Assembly: GCA_023246355.1 (NCBI GenBank)
Contig: JAHFIQ010000003.1
Coordinates: 13,968-77,967 of the forward strand
From: Candidatus Uhrbacteria bacterium
Lineage (GTDB): Bacteria > Patescibacteriota > Patescibacteriia > UBA9934 > GWF2-40-263
Direction: 5' to 3'
Length of the DNA: 64,000 bases
Shown: positions 1-9,635 of the stretch, one piece after another
Layout: each line of letters begins with the position of its first letter
Position numbering within the stretch: position 1 is the first letter of the stretch
Position numbers and translations under genes: made by a program
Notes under the pieces: generated by a model
The model's database searches: none
Seen by the model: the letters and a program-made list of their open reading frames with translations, nothing else
What the model was told of the DNA's origin: nothing

Positions 1-309
1 GGTGCCGTTCCTCCTGCTCGGTCACGGCGAATTTCTCCACCCGTGAAGAGCATGATGCGTCGCGCCTTCTTGGTGACCACGATCACACGGTCGCCCATCA
101 GTCTTGGATCAGCCGAATCGTACCGACTGGGCGAGGGTGGAAGCTGATCTACGCTTGCCACACAGCCCGGGTAGCCGGGAAGCGGGAGAGGTTCCTTCAC
201 CTCCACGACCGCTTCGACCTTGGGGAGTTCCACCTCCGGGATGCTCATCATGGCAAAGGGCGCCATGAGGAAGAGGACAAACGTGGTGACAGCCAGAACG
301 GTGCGCATC
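1..309 (-). CDS. partial CDS (N-terminus in window, rest beyond the left edge); secreted hypothetical protein, higher GC than backbone
   Basis: Reverse-strand frame starts at ATG (rc at 307-309) and runs open to the edge. Translation MRTVLAVTTFVLFLMAPFAMMSIPEV... has signal-peptide character. Absent from the ORF track because truncated. GC about 60% by eye. Confidence 0.3.
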
Positions 310-389
310 GCAGCTCCTGAGGAACCGCTTAGATTAGATCAAAATGACGATTTCGTCAAGGGAAGCCACATTTGATAGAATAAAAGCCT

Positions 390-815
390 ATGATTGAATC
401 CCTGGTCATTGTATGTCTGGGTCTGTCGGGTTTTTTCTTGGCGTTGTATTTGAGATGGAAAAAAGCTCACAAGAGTGAGGTATTTGTCTGTCCACTTCGT
501 GGAAACTGTACGGAGGTCATTCACAGTGACTACGCCCATTTTTTGGGAATGCCCGTGGAACTCATTGGAACGATGTACTATCTGTTGATAGCCATCGCCT
601 ATGCTTCGCGAGTCTTGTTTCCTTCTCAGACAATCTCGCTTGCCGCACCACTCTTGCTCGTTTCAACCTTGGCGATGCTCTTCTCGGCCTACCTTACGTT
701 CATCCAAGTGGTCATGATTCGTAAACTCTGCACCTGGTGCTTGCTATCGGCAGTGTTTTGTTTGTGTATTTTTCTTCTGTCCGTTCAGATAGCACCGACC
801 CTATGGCAGAGCTGA
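390..815 (+). CDS. vitamin K epoxide reductase (VKOR) family membrane protein
   Basis: 141 aa, multi-TM, CxxC (CTWC) near the C-terminus and a conserved Cys pair in a loop, typical of bacterial VKOR homologs. 13-nt overlap with the downstream CcdA-like gene. Confidence 0.65.
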   Translation: MIESLVIVCLGLSGFFLALYLRWKKAHKSEVFVCPLRGNCTEVIHSDYAHFLGMPVELIGTMYYLLIAIAYASRVLFPSQTISLAAPLLLVSTLAMLFSAYLTFIQVVMIRKLCTWCLLSAVFCLCIFLLSVQIAPTLWQS

Positions 816-1570
816 TCATCCCCGCATTCATCGCCGGCGTGCTGACTTTTTTGGCGCCTTGCACCCTGCCGCTTGTTCCTGCGTATCTCGGATTTATCAG
901 TGGCGCCACGGCGAAAGATTTGCAGGATCACACCAAGCGGGCGGGAATCCGTCGCCGCGTTTTACTGAACGGATTATTTTATGTGCTGGGATTTTCGGCG
1001 ATTTTTATCGGACTTGGATTGTTGTTTGGGGTAGGTGGATCTGTGCTGGTGAAGTATCAAGAAATTTTCCCCAGAATCGGTGGAGCGTTTGTGATCGTCT
1101 TTGCGTTATACCTCCTCGGAGCATTTGAGCGCGTCCCAGCTTTCAATCGTCTCCTCACCACCGAACATCGTTTCCATCCAGCTTCATCACTGAGACCGGG
1201 AACGCCGCTCTCTTCGTTCATTTTTGGTGCGACGTTCGCGTTTGGATGGACGCCCTGTGTGGGCCCAATTCTGGGATCTGTTCTCCTGTTGGCATCCACC
1301 ACGGCCACTGTTTTGCAGGGTGCGTTTCTCCTCGCGGTCTTTTCCCTCGGGCTTGCGATTCCATTTGTCTTGATCGCCCTGTTCATCGGCCAGGCTTCAC
1401 AGACCGTGAAGACCCTATCGCGCGTTCTTCCGTACATCTCAAAGATTGGCGGCGTATTCCTTTTGTTTCTGGGAATACTGCTCATCACAAACAACCTCGG
1501 CATCTGGTTGACGTGGTTTTACAAAGCCTTTGATTTCTTGCCCTATGATCTTCTGCTGGACTATTTGTAG
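803..1570 (+). CDS. cytochrome c-type biogenesis protein CcdA / DsbD-like thiol:disulfide interchange membrane protein
   Basis: Motif LAPCTLPLVPAYLGFISG plus a second conserved Cys (WTPCVGPILGS), 6 predicted TM helices. Start taken at ATG 803 (MAELII...) rather than track start 737. Confidence 0.7.
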   Translation: MAELIIPAFIAGVLTFLAPCTLPLVPAYLGFISGATAKDLQDHTKRAGIRRRVLLNGLFYVLGFSAIFIGLGLLFGVGGSVLVKYQEIFPRIGGAFVIVFALYLLGAFERVPAFNRLLTTEHRFHPASSLRPGTPLSSFIFGATFAFGWTPCVGPILGSVLLLASTTATVLQGAFLLAVFSLGLAIPFVLIALFIGQASQTVKTLSRVLPYISKIGGVFLLFLGILLITNNLGIWLTWFYKAFDFLPYDLLLDYL

Positions 1571-1615
1571 AGCGACTTGAGTCCTGGAAAGCCTCTTGTT
1601 ATACTCATGCTCGAT

Positions 1616-2206
1616 ATGAAAAAAACCCTTGCCTACACGCTTCTCACGTTGGTTCTTATCGGAGGCGGTTGTTTTGGAAAAAAAGCCGAGGAAAGCTCTT
1701 CGACCGAACCTGTGGAAATCGACCGAGATGCCATCTTGCTTGAGGCTCGCGAAAACGGGATTATTATGTCTCAGGAGGAAGTCGCGGCCATGTCGAGCCT
1801 TGAACCGATCAGCGTGGCTGGGGCAAGCAATCCAACAAATGTGACTGCCTATCTCAAGGCCGACATGAAAGGTTGGTCATCGGCAGCCCTCGCGGATGTC
1901 ACAGGTGGTGAGTCCTATGGTCTCTCTCATGCCACGTTTGAAAACGGAATCTACACCGTGGTTGCAGACATGGGTAATTTGACGGAGCCAGCAGAGGCCT
2001 ATTCGTACCAAGGCTGGCTGGTGAATCGAAAAGGATCGCTCATGGCGGTGAATATCGGGACCGCGGTAAAAACAGAAACAGGCTACGCAATCGTCTTCAC
2101 GTCGTCGCAGGATCTTTCTGAATTTGATTTTTTTGTCCTGACCCTTGAGCTCACGGCAGGTCTCTCAACTCCTGAGGAGCATATCCTTGAAGGATCTTTT
2201 CGTTAG
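1616..2206 (+). CDS. hypothetical lipoprotein
   Basis: MKKTLAYTLLTLVLIGGGC lipobox-like signal. No recognisable catalytic motif. Start chosen at the internal Met of track ORF 1577-2206. Confidence 0.45.
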   Translation: MKKTLAYTLLTLVLIGGGCFGKKAEESSSTEPVEIDRDAILLEARENGIIMSQEEVAAMSSLEPISVAGASNPTNVTAYLKADMKGWSSAALADVTGGESYGLSHATFENGIYTVVADMGNLTEPAEAYSYQGWLVNRKGSLMAVNIGTAVKTETGYAIVFTSSQDLSEFDFFVLTLELTAGLSTPEEHILEGSFR

Positions 2207-3141
2207 TCTACGATGTCGGTTACGTAGATCATCAACTGGCTGCCATCCTCAAGCTCTACAACGGTTGGATCCTTCACAAACCTGTGGCCATGTTCGGGAG
2301 CGAGGACGATTCCGTCATCCGGATTCCAGTCGTTCCCGTTTTTTGTTGACCATGATTTTATTTCACCCTTGCGTGTGGAGACAAACAGATGGTACGTATC
2401 GCCGATCCAGATCCCATTGTTTGGCGTAACAAATTCATCTCCCATGGGAAAACTCGTCTTTGCGTACACGCCAAAGGTGATGCCGTCCGTGCTTGTGAGA
2501 TGCCAAATGGCATCCGAGCCCTCATCGGATTCTGTGTACATGTGCCAGGTGTCGTTCACAAGAAACGTGGTTGAATTTTTTGATTCTGACTCTGAGGGGA
2601 CAAACACAGATGTCTTGTACTCAAAATGCACGCCATCCTGGCTTTCTGCCATGTGGATGCCTTCTGTGAAATCCAGGGTATGGGCTGTGTAGTACAAACG
2701 AAACGTCCCGTCTGGGAGCAAGACGATGTCTGCGTTATGGGGAGATGAATACGATTCACCTCCCGTGACCGTGAGAACTTTGTACGTCCAGGTTTTCCCG
2801 TTATCTTCTGAGATTGCCACGGCCGTGCGATCGAGCTCGCCCCCCACAATCCAGCCCGTGTAATACAAGAAAATTCGACCTTCATCATCAACGACTGCGT
2901 CAGGGAGATGGGCTTGATCGGAAATCCAGCCCTCGATCGGGGTGTAGGTCAGTCCATCGGCTGAAGTGGCCAGGGCGAGGGTTGAGTTAAGAGGACGTTC
3001 GTCGTCCAGTGCCTGCTCGCTTGGCTCGGCTTGGATGGGGTTAAAATCACTCACCGCGTACGGGTCATCAGAGGCGTGAGGAAAAGAACAACCTGACAGG
3101 AATAAACTTGAAATAAGAAGGATGAGAGAGGTCTTTTTCAT
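2203..3141 (-). CDS. secreted lipoprotein with BNR/Asp-box repeats (sialidase/glycoside-hydrolase-like beta-propeller)
   Basis: Signal peptide with Cys lipobox (MKKTSLILLISSLFLSGCS). Asp-box motifs SEDNGKTW, SQDGVHF, STDGITF. Start placed at ATG rc 3139-3141 (internal Met of track ORF). Confidence 0.5.
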   Translation of the reverse strand: MKKTSLILLISSLFLSGCSFPHASDDPYAVSDFNPIQAEPSEQALDDERPLNSTLALATSADGLTYTPIEGWISDQAHLPDAVVDDEGRIFLYYTGWIVGGELDRTAVAISEDNGKTWTYKVLTVTGGESYSSPHNADIVLLPDGTFRLYYTAHTLDFTEGIHMAESQDGVHFEYKTSVFVPSESESKNSTTFLVNDTWHMYTESDEGSDAIWHLTSTDGITFGVYAKTSFPMGDEFVTPNNGIWIGDTYHLFVSTRKGEIKSWSTKNGNDWNPDDGIVLAPEHGHRFVKDPTVVELEDGSQLMIYVTDIVD

Positions 3142-3165
3142 ATATTTCTGATAGACTAACACAGT

Positions 3166-4734
3166 ATGCGTCGTCTGTGGATAGTTTTTGCTCTCAGCTT
3201 TTTTGTTTTTCCAACGTGGGTCCACGCCGCGTCGGCTGATTTTTTGGATCCTGTGGTCGACTCGTTTGAGTCGTCTTTGGTGTGCACGGGTTGGAGCGAT
3301 GGTGGATGTCGATCGATGTTTCTGATCGCGGGAAAGAATTTTTTAAACAGTAACGGCAGTCCTGGCGTGAAAGTGGGCAACGAGTGGGCAGATGTGCTGC
3401 ACGCAACCAGTACACGCATTATGGCTGTTGCCTCAGAGGCTGCCCTTGAAAAAGCGCCGATTGTGTCTGTTGATACAACCCTTCATACCCCGACTCTTGA
3501 AACAACGGACGAGACGCTGAACGGGATCTTTGCTGATTCTGTTCAAGTGGCCTTGGATGCAATTCAGACAACGAGCGATGGCACGCGCTATATTTCTGCT
3601 GGTCCCAAATATAATGACATCCCTCGCGTGTACTATCGTGATTCGTATTGGACCTCTGGAATGATTCTACTGATCGAACCCTACGTTGTCCGTGATCAGA
3701 TTTTGCTTCTGGCTCAAGGCATCGAAACCAACGGCTCCGTTCCCAGTGCCACGCCAGTGGATCCTGACGGCTATCGTTTGGGTCTGTGGGAAGACCATCT
3801 TGATTCAGGCCCGTACTTTGACATGCTGGTGTATGACTATGTGCGCTGGACGGGCGACACGTCTATTTTGACTGAGCGCGTAAATGGCAGGACGATTTTC
3901 ACGGCCATGGAAGATGTGCTCAGTTATTTATCCACACGTGACTCCGACGGCGATTATCTGCCAGAGAAACCAGAGAATTCTTTGCAGGATTGGCTTGATA
4001 GCATTCCACGCAGTGGGGAAGTTCTGTCTAATCAAGTTCTCTATTATCGCGCCCTTCGCAACCTTGTAGAGATTTCAGGTCTCATGAACAAGGCCAGTCA
4101 TGCAGAAGCGTTTCATCGACAGTCCCTGCTTGTGCGTTACCAGATCAATCGTCTGTTTTGGAATGAAGATGAGGGAACATATTTTGAAAGTTGCGATAAA
4201 GACAACTGCGTAAAGCGCGTGACCAACGAATCAGCCCTCGCGATCCTCTACGAAGTCGTTTGGCCGCAAAATCGAGATCGATTATTCGACAGTCTTCTCA
4301 CGCTTCATTCAAATCTGAATGACGAGATTCCTTTTGATGATTGGGGAGTGCTCAATGCCTGGCCGCTGTATGACGGCTTTACACCCTATGATTACCAAAA
4401 CGGAACCGACTGGCCATTTTTGGACGGCATCAATGCGGGCGCTCGACTCAAGTACAACAATGCGGATTGGTATTATCCACTCACACGGTGGTGGACGTTC
4501 AACAAGGAACAAGGAAGCGGTCGGGTTTTACCAGAGTATGTCTCACCCGTGGATGAAGATGGAGGTGATGAACAAGCGTGGAGCGTGAATCCGGCTGTGA
4601 GCTTTGTCCGATACGGGCTTGGTGTGGATCCTGACATCGACGGGGCGTACACCACCAAGCATTCCCCAAACGGGGAAACCTTCCTGCGTGACGCCTTTGT
4701 CCGCGGCCACCGCATTTCCGTGAATGCGCAATAA
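3166..4734 (+). CDS. secreted glycoside hydrolase-like protein, probable six-hairpin (alpha/alpha)6 glycosidase fold (GH63/GH37/debranching-enzyme-like)
   Basis: N-terminal signal peptide MRRLWIVFALSFFVFPTWVHA. Asp/Trp-rich motifs (YYRDSYWTSG, DGYRLGLWEDHLDSGPYFD, DWPFLDG) reminiscent of six-hairpin glycosidases. Family not resolved by eye. Confidence 0.4.
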   Translation: MRRLWIVFALSFFVFPTWVHAASADFLDPVVDSFESSLVCTGWSDGGCRSMFLIAGKNFLNSNGSPGVKVGNEWADVLHATSTRIMAVASEAALEKAPIVSVDTTLHTPTLETTDETLNGIFADSVQVALDAIQTTSDGTRYISAGPKYNDIPRVYYRDSYWTSGMILLIEPYVVRDQILLLAQGIETNGSVPSATPVDPDGYRLGLWEDHLDSGPYFDMLVYDYVRWTGDTSILTERVNGRTIFTAMEDVLSYLSTRDSDGDYLPEKPENSLQDWLDSIPRSGEVLSNQVLYYRALRNLVEISGLMNKASHAEAFHRQSLLVRYQINRLFWNEDEGTYFESCDKDNCVKRVTNESALAILYEVVWPQNRDRLFDSLLTLHSNLNDEIPFDDWGVLNAWPLYDGFTPYDYQNGTDWPFLDGINAGARLKYNNADWYYPLTRWWTFNKEQGSGRVLPEYVSPVDEDGGDEQAWSVNPAVSFVRYGLGVDPDIDGAYTTKHSPNGETFLRDAFVRGHRISVNAQ

Positions 4735-4737
4735 AAA

Positions 4738-4767
4738 ACCCACAGCTTATGCTGCGGATTTTTTTGC
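4738..4767 (+). terminator. putative intrinsic terminator after the glycosidase gene
   Basis: CCACAGC-TTAT-GCTGCGG imperfect hairpin followed by ATTTTTTTG directly after stop codon 4732-4734. Confidence 0.4.
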
Positions 4768-4947
4768 CTTCGAGAGGCGGATGGCTTTCTGTCTTCGGTT
4801 GCCAGCAAGTTGGACTTTGCGTTCCAGCTTCCAGGCGGTGCGGACTTGTTTTCGTTTTCCAGGCATAGGGGATAGTGATTTCAACAGCAAGATAGCTCAG
4901 CCTGAGTTTTTCGTCAAACGAAACCAGATCGAGTATACTACTCATGT

Positions 4948-5397
4948 ATGGATTCGGTTCTTTCTACCAGCGTAAACGTTCTTCAACTTGTGAGTCCTGG
5001 GATGGTGTTGTTTGTGACAACCCTTGTTGTGTTTGGGTCCGTGTTCACGCTGAGTTTTTTGATTGGCTCCAAACCTTCCGTGGTAAAGCCACTCACCGGT
5101 GGACTCCTCATCCTGTTGTTTCTCATGCTGGGCATGGTCGCGATTGAATTTTCTGCGGCCGCCACGCCCTCGTATACGTTTGGTGAGTTTGCCTCTCTTT
5201 CGGAGGCGCTGTCCACTCATCGCTGGCTGCTGTTTCAGTTACCGATTCTGCTCACAATGACGAGCCTGATGATTTTGCATGTGTACGGTGAAAAGATCGC
5301 CGATCGACACGCCACTCCCTATCGCGTTGCCGTGATCCTGTCGATGGCTCTGAGCTTTGCATCCCTGATCGCCATAGCATTTGAATCGATGGTTTAA
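4948..5397 (+). CDS. hypothetical integral membrane protein
   Basis: 149 aa, 4 hydrophobic helices. No motif recognised. Confidence 0.4.
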   Translation: MDSVLSTSVNVLQLVSPGMVLFVTTLVVFGSVFTLSFLIGSKPSVVKPLTGGLLILLFLMLGMVAIEFSAAATPSYTFGEFASLSEALSTHRWLLFQLPILLTMTSLMILHVYGEKIADRHATPYRVAVILSMALSFASLIAIAFESMV

Positions 5398-5400
5398 ATT

Positions 5401-5742
5401 ATGTTTCATTTTTTTCGAAATCGCATTCACGAGTCGCTTGCCCTTGCCGGGCTCTTTGCCGGAGCCATCGCTCTTCACGTTGCCTGGATCGATAATCTTC
5501 TGATCACACGTAGTCAGCTCATTCGCGAGTTCATCACGCTGAATCCTGCGATCGGTCCCATCAGTGGATTGTATGTTGATACCCTTGGCGCCTTCTTCGT
5601 GAGCTTTCTGCTCGCCGCCTTTTTCTGGCGCGGCCGTGATGTCTCGCACTGGCGCGATCGGGTGTTCTGGTTTTTCGTCACCTCGATCGTGATCTTCTTG
5701 CTCATGACCCTGCCGTTTGTGTACGGGTTTGTGGTGAGTTGA
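5401..5742 (+). CDS. hypothetical integral membrane protein
   Basis: 113 aa hydrophobic. Starts 4 nt after the previous ORF (likely co-transcribed). Confidence 0.4.
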   Translation: MFHFFRNRIHESLALAGLFAGAIALHVAWIDNLLITRSQLIREFITLNPAIGPISGLYVDTLGAFFVSFLLAAFFWRGRDVSHWRDRVFWFFVTSIVIFLLMTLPFVYGFVVS

Positions 5743-5797
5743 GCAAAACCGTTTTCCGTCGTAGACTTGATCCAAGTTAAGTCTTTTTTATTTTTGT

Positions 5798-7285
5798 ATG
5801 GAAATCAAGGTTTACAAGGGGGATCTGACACAGGAAAAAGCCGATCTGTTGGTCGTGGGGCATTTTTCAGACGCCAAATCATTGGAGGGTCCCGTGGCCG
5901 CCGTTGATACCGCCATGGGAGGCAGGCTCTCAAGGCTCATGAAGGATGATGGATTCAAGGCAAAGCTTGCCTCTACGTTTTTGACTCATACAAACGGAGA
6001 GATCGCGGCCAAACGCGTCCTTGTTGTTGGACTGGGGAAAAAAGACGAGGTGAATCTCGAGGCTGTTCGTCAGGCCGCGGCTGTTGCTGTGAATGTGGCC
6101 AAGGAGTGTGGGGCAAAAATAATGGTGTCTGAGCATCACGTCCCTGGGGAACTCAAGGCAGGTGACTGTGCTCAGGCAATGGTTGAGGGAGCACGGCTGG
6201 CAGATTACAGCTTCAGTCGCTACAAAAAGCCGTCGCAAAAATCTCCAAAACTTTTTGCGATCGTCACAAATGACGGAAAGATTTTGCGATCGTCAGAAAA
6301 AGGTTTGGAACTGGGCGAACTCGCCGCCCGTGGAGTTGTCTTTGCTCGAGACCTCGTAAACACCCCAGCACACGACATGCATCCTGAAACGCTCGTGGAC
6401 ATGGCCAAGTCGATCGCCAAGGGCAAGTCCTCGATTCGTGTTCGTGTATTTGATCGCGAGGCTCTCAAACGCATGGGCGCTGGCGGTATTCTGGGTGTCG
6501 CACAAGGATCTGATCATCCGCCCTACCTTGTGCACATGACCTACAAACCAAAGAAGCCCACAAAAAAGTCCATCGCGCTTGTGGGCAAAGCAGTGACCTT
6601 CGATTCCGGTGGGCTTTCACTGAAGCCTGCCGATTACATGATGACGATGAAGTGTGACATGGCTGGCGCGGCTGCGGTGTTGGGGGCATTCAGTGTGATC
6701 GCAGACCTTGCCCCAGGAGTCGAAGTGCATGGAATTTTTGGCGCGGTCGAGAACATGCCATCCGGCGGCGCGATTCGTCCAGGGGATGTACTCACAGCCA
6801 TGAACAAAAAAACCATGGAGGTGTTGAATACGGACGCAGAAGGTCGTCTCACACTCGCTGATACACTTTCCTACGCGGCTAAGTTGAAGCCTGCGTTTAT
6901 TGTTGATTTGGCAACGCTCACCGGAGCATGTGTTGTGGCTCTTGGAGAGGAGATTACAGGCGTGATGTCAAACGACGACAAGGTTGCCTCACAGACCCTG
7001 GACGCGGCAGCTGCGGCTGGGGAGAAAATGTGGCGCCTTCCACTTGAAAAGAATTACAAGAAAGTTATCAAATCCCAAATCGCTGACCTGCAAAACATCG
7101 GCAACAAATGGGGTGGGGCGCTCACCGCTGGCTTGTTCCTCGAAGAATTTGTAGACAAGACACCCTGGGCGCATTTGGACATCGCTGGCCCTGCCTTTGC
7201 CGAACGCGAGATTGATCCCTACACCCACAAAGGGGCGACAGGGCATGGTGTGAGAACGCTTTTGGCTCTCCTCAGATCTCTCTAG
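5798..7285 (+). CDS. pepA: leucyl aminopeptidase (M17 family)
   Basis: 495 aa. M17 signature NTDAEGRLTLADTL and conserved metal-binding region (KPADYMMTMKCDMAGAAAV). Confidence 0.9.
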   Translation: MEIKVYKGDLTQEKADLLVVGHFSDAKSLEGPVAAVDTAMGGRLSRLMKDDGFKAKLASTFLTHTNGEIAAKRVLVVGLGKKDEVNLEAVRQAAAVAVNVAKECGAKIMVSEHHVPGELKAGDCAQAMVEGARLADYSFSRYKKPSQKSPKLFAIVTNDGKILRSSEKGLELGELAARGVVFARDLVNTPAHDMHPETLVDMAKSIAKGKSSIRVRVFDREALKRMGAGGILGVAQGSDHPPYLVHMTYKPKKPTKKSIALVGKAVTFDSGGLSLKPADYMMTMKCDMAGAAAVLGAFSVIADLAPGVEVHGIFGAVENMPSGGAIRPGDVLTAMNKKTMEVLNTDAEGRLTLADTLSYAAKLKPAFIVDLATLTGACVVALGEEITGVMSNDDKVASQTLDAAAAAGEKMWRLPLEKNYKKVIKSQIADLQNIGNKWGGALTAGLFLEEFVDKTPWAHLDIAGPAFAEREIDPYTHKGATGHGVRTLLALLRSL

Positions 7286-7286
7286 T

Positions 7287-7565
7287 ATGCGACCTGCGGA
7301 CAAACCTTTTCGCAAACTCGTTCTGGTCTGTACCAACGAACGAACAGACGGTCGTGAATGCTGCGCGCAAAAAGGCGCGGTGGATCTTCATTACAAGTTA
7401 AAGATGGCCGTGGCTGGGGTTGATCCTTCTATTCGTGTTTCAAAGTCAGGCTGTCTTGATAATTGTTCCACCGGAATCACGGTGGTGATCCAACCGGACA
7501 ATGTGTGGTTGGCTCGCGTGCAAGAACAAGATATTCCGGAGCTTGTTGCCCTGATCACAAAATAA
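7287..7565 (+). CDS. thioredoxin-like [2Fe-2S] ferredoxin (NuoE/Nqo2-like fold)
   Basis: 92 aa with Cys pattern CTNERTDGREC...C...GCLDNC typical of thioredoxin-like 2Fe-2S ferredoxins. 1-nt gap after pepA. Confidence 0.6.
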   Translation: MRPADKPFRKLVLVCTNERTDGRECCAQKGAVDLHYKLKMAVAGVDPSIRVSKSGCLDNCSTGITVVIQPDNVWLARVQEQDIPELVALITK

Positions 7566-7578
7566 AATCCCCCGGACG

Positions 7579-8010
7579 CTATTCCGCGGGAAAGAGAGAG
7601 AAACGATCGGGATTTCCCGTGTCCTCGTCGACACAGGCACAGATCGCTGAGCACTCATGCGCATGCAAGAGGAACACTCGATCCGTCCGGGGTGGTTCAC
7701 AACCACATTCAGTAGAGTAGAGCTCCTCGACGATGGTGACGCTCGTGAGTCCATCATGATGCGCGTAGGTCAGGAGATCTTCTTTGAGCTTGAACTCGGG
7801 GTTGCTGCGTGCAAGATCTAAAATCAGGTAGGCCCGTTGAATATCTTCCCTGGATGGGAAAGGTTGTGAAACCTCCACCGAAGGAGTTTTTTCAACACTC
7901 GGACAATGCCCTTCTGTGAGATCTCGAGCGAACAGGAGGAATCCTGCACAGCCTGCGATCAGAACGGTTGCAACTGCGATTGAAACACCATGCCAGCCGA
8001 TAGACGCCAC
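7579..8010 (-). CDS. hypothetical membrane-anchored Cys-rich protein
   Basis: N-terminal TM helix, C-terminal Cys cluster (ECGCEPP...HECSAICACVDEDTGN). No family recognised. Confidence 0.35.
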   Translation of the reverse strand: MASIGWHGVSIAVATVLIAGCAGFLLFARDLTEGHCPSVEKTPSVEVSQPFPSREDIQRAYLILDLARSNPEFKLKEDLLTYAHHDGLTSVTIVEELYSTECGCEPPRTDRVFLLHAHECSAICACVDEDTGNPDRFSLFPAE

Positions 8011-8094
8011 GGTGAACCTCTAAACCAGCGATAAGATATCACGGATTTGTGAGCCTGTCGAGACATCAAAAAATGGCCCATCGGCCATTTTTGT

Positions 8095-8637
8095 CTATGC
8101 TTTTCCTAGTGTCTGTGCTCCTTGCGTCCATTCCACTGGACAGAGCTCGCCGGTTTGTAGGGCTTTCAGGACACGTACTGTCTCTGTCACAGAGCGTCCC
8201 ACTCCCAGGTCGTGGTAGAGCGCATAGCGGAGAATGCCGTCTGGATCGATGATGAATGTGCCGCGCAGGGCAATGCCTTTGTCTTCCAACAGCACGCCGT
8301 AGTCGGCGCTCGTGGTTCGGTTCATGTCTGAAAAAAGTGGAAACGCGAGGTCGCCCAATTCTTTCAACCAGGCCTTGTGCGAGTGCACAGAGTCAGTGGA
8401 GCCGCCAAGAATCTCTGCGTTGAGCGCCTTGAATTCATCAAACCTTTTTGAGAATCCTGTGATCTCGGTCGGACATACGAAGGTAAAGTCCAGTGGGTAG
8501 AAGAAGAGCACGAGCCACTTGCCTTTGTAGTCAGATGATTTTGCGTTTGCAAATGCGCCGCCTGCCACAACCGTCTCGAGATTGAAATGTGGAGCTGGTT
8601 TGCCGACCCGGGCGATTTGAGGAGCATGATTTTCCAT
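8095..8637 (-). CDS. peroxiredoxin (AhpC/TSA 2-Cys family)
   Basis: FVCPTEI peroxidatic Cys motif and C-terminal resolving Cys region (GELCPVEW). Confidence 0.9.
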   Translation of the reverse strand: MENHAPQIARVGKPAPHFNLETVVAGGAFANAKSSDYKGKWLVLFFYPLDFTFVCPTEITGFSKRFDEFKALNAEILGGSTDSVHSHKAWLKELGDLAFPLFSDMNRTTSADYGVLLEDKGIALRGTFIIDPDGILRYALYHDLGVGRSVTETVRVLKALQTGELCPVEWTQGAQTLGKA

Positions 8638-8687
8638 AAGATGTGAGAAAGTGAATGATGAGTTATCATGGTAGCCGAGGATAGCCT

Positions 8688-9545
8688 ATGACACAACATC
8701 GCTCTACGCTTTATCTGCTTTTGGCTGCGGTTTTGGTTTTCGGGGTTTTGTCTCTTGAGTATCACATTCATCGCACTCCCATTGCGATCGATCAGCAGAC
8801 GCCCCCACAAATCATTGAGAGTGGTCTGATGAAAGACGCCATCCCAGCCATCACAGATCCTGTCATCGAGTCGATTGCCGAGGCGGATGTGTATCTTGAA
8901 AACGATGGGCCTGGGATCGTGGTTGAGCAGAAAGGCTATGCGCGATTTTACCCATTTCAAATTTTGGTTTGGCATGAAGTGGTGAATGATACCTTTCGTG
9001 GAGAGGATATTCTCGTCACCTTTTGTCCACTCACGTATTCCTCTGCGGTGTATGAACGCACGGTGGCAGATGAAGTCGCAATTTTTGGGGTGTCTGGAAA
9101 AGTGATGGACAGCAACACCCTGCTGTTTGATGCGGCATCCGAGTCCCTGTGGTCTCAATTGAAAGGCGAGGCTATTGAAGGAGCATTCACAGGCGCCAGA
9201 CTTGTACGACTTCCGTCGACGCTCATGTCCTGGTCTGAGTTCAAGACAGCGTATCCTTACGGCGACGTCCTTTCACGGGAAACAGGTGCGGATCGGGACT
9301 ACACACAAAATCCGTACGACCAGGAAAGCTATTTCGATTCTGCAGCGGTCTGGTTTCCACTCTCTCACGAAGACGCACGACTTCCAGCAAAGACGATTGT
9401 GTATGGATACGAAGAGGACGGATCGGCAATGGCCTATCCAGAGGATTATGTGCAAGATGAAACAGACGATCGAGTGCTCAGACCTGCCTACTGGTTTGCC
9501 TGGGCATCTGCCTATCCTGAAACTGAAATATGGAAAGGTGGATAA
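8688..9545 (+). CDS. DUF3179-domain protein with N-terminal membrane anchor
   Basis: Motif YPFQILVWHEVVNDTFRGEDILVTFCPLTYSSAVYER matches the DUF3179 family pattern as I recall it. Confidence 0.55.
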   Translation: MTQHRSTLYLLLAAVLVFGVLSLEYHIHRTPIAIDQQTPPQIIESGLMKDAIPAITDPVIESIAEADVYLENDGPGIVVEQKGYARFYPFQILVWHEVVNDTFRGEDILVTFCPLTYSSAVYERTVADEVAIFGVSGKVMDSNTLLFDAASESLWSQLKGEAIEGAFTGARLVRLPSTLMSWSEFKTAYPYGDVLSRETGADRDYTQNPYDQESYFDSAAVWFPLSHEDARLPAKTIVYGYEEDGSAMAYPEDYVQDETDDRVLRPAYWFAWASAYPETEIWKGG

Positions 9546-9635
9546 GGTAGAATAGGTAGATAAGGTATTTCCGAATTCGATTTCTAAGATTTTTTCCACC
9601 TCGTCCACCTTATCTCCCTCACTGCCCATGTTCTT

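Noticed and set aside
4724-5220. ORFs 4724-4975(+), 4942-5220(-), 4944-5147(+) around the glycosidase 3' end
   Set aside because: Overlap the terminator region and the well-supported membrane-protein frame 4948-5397. Low-complexity translations.
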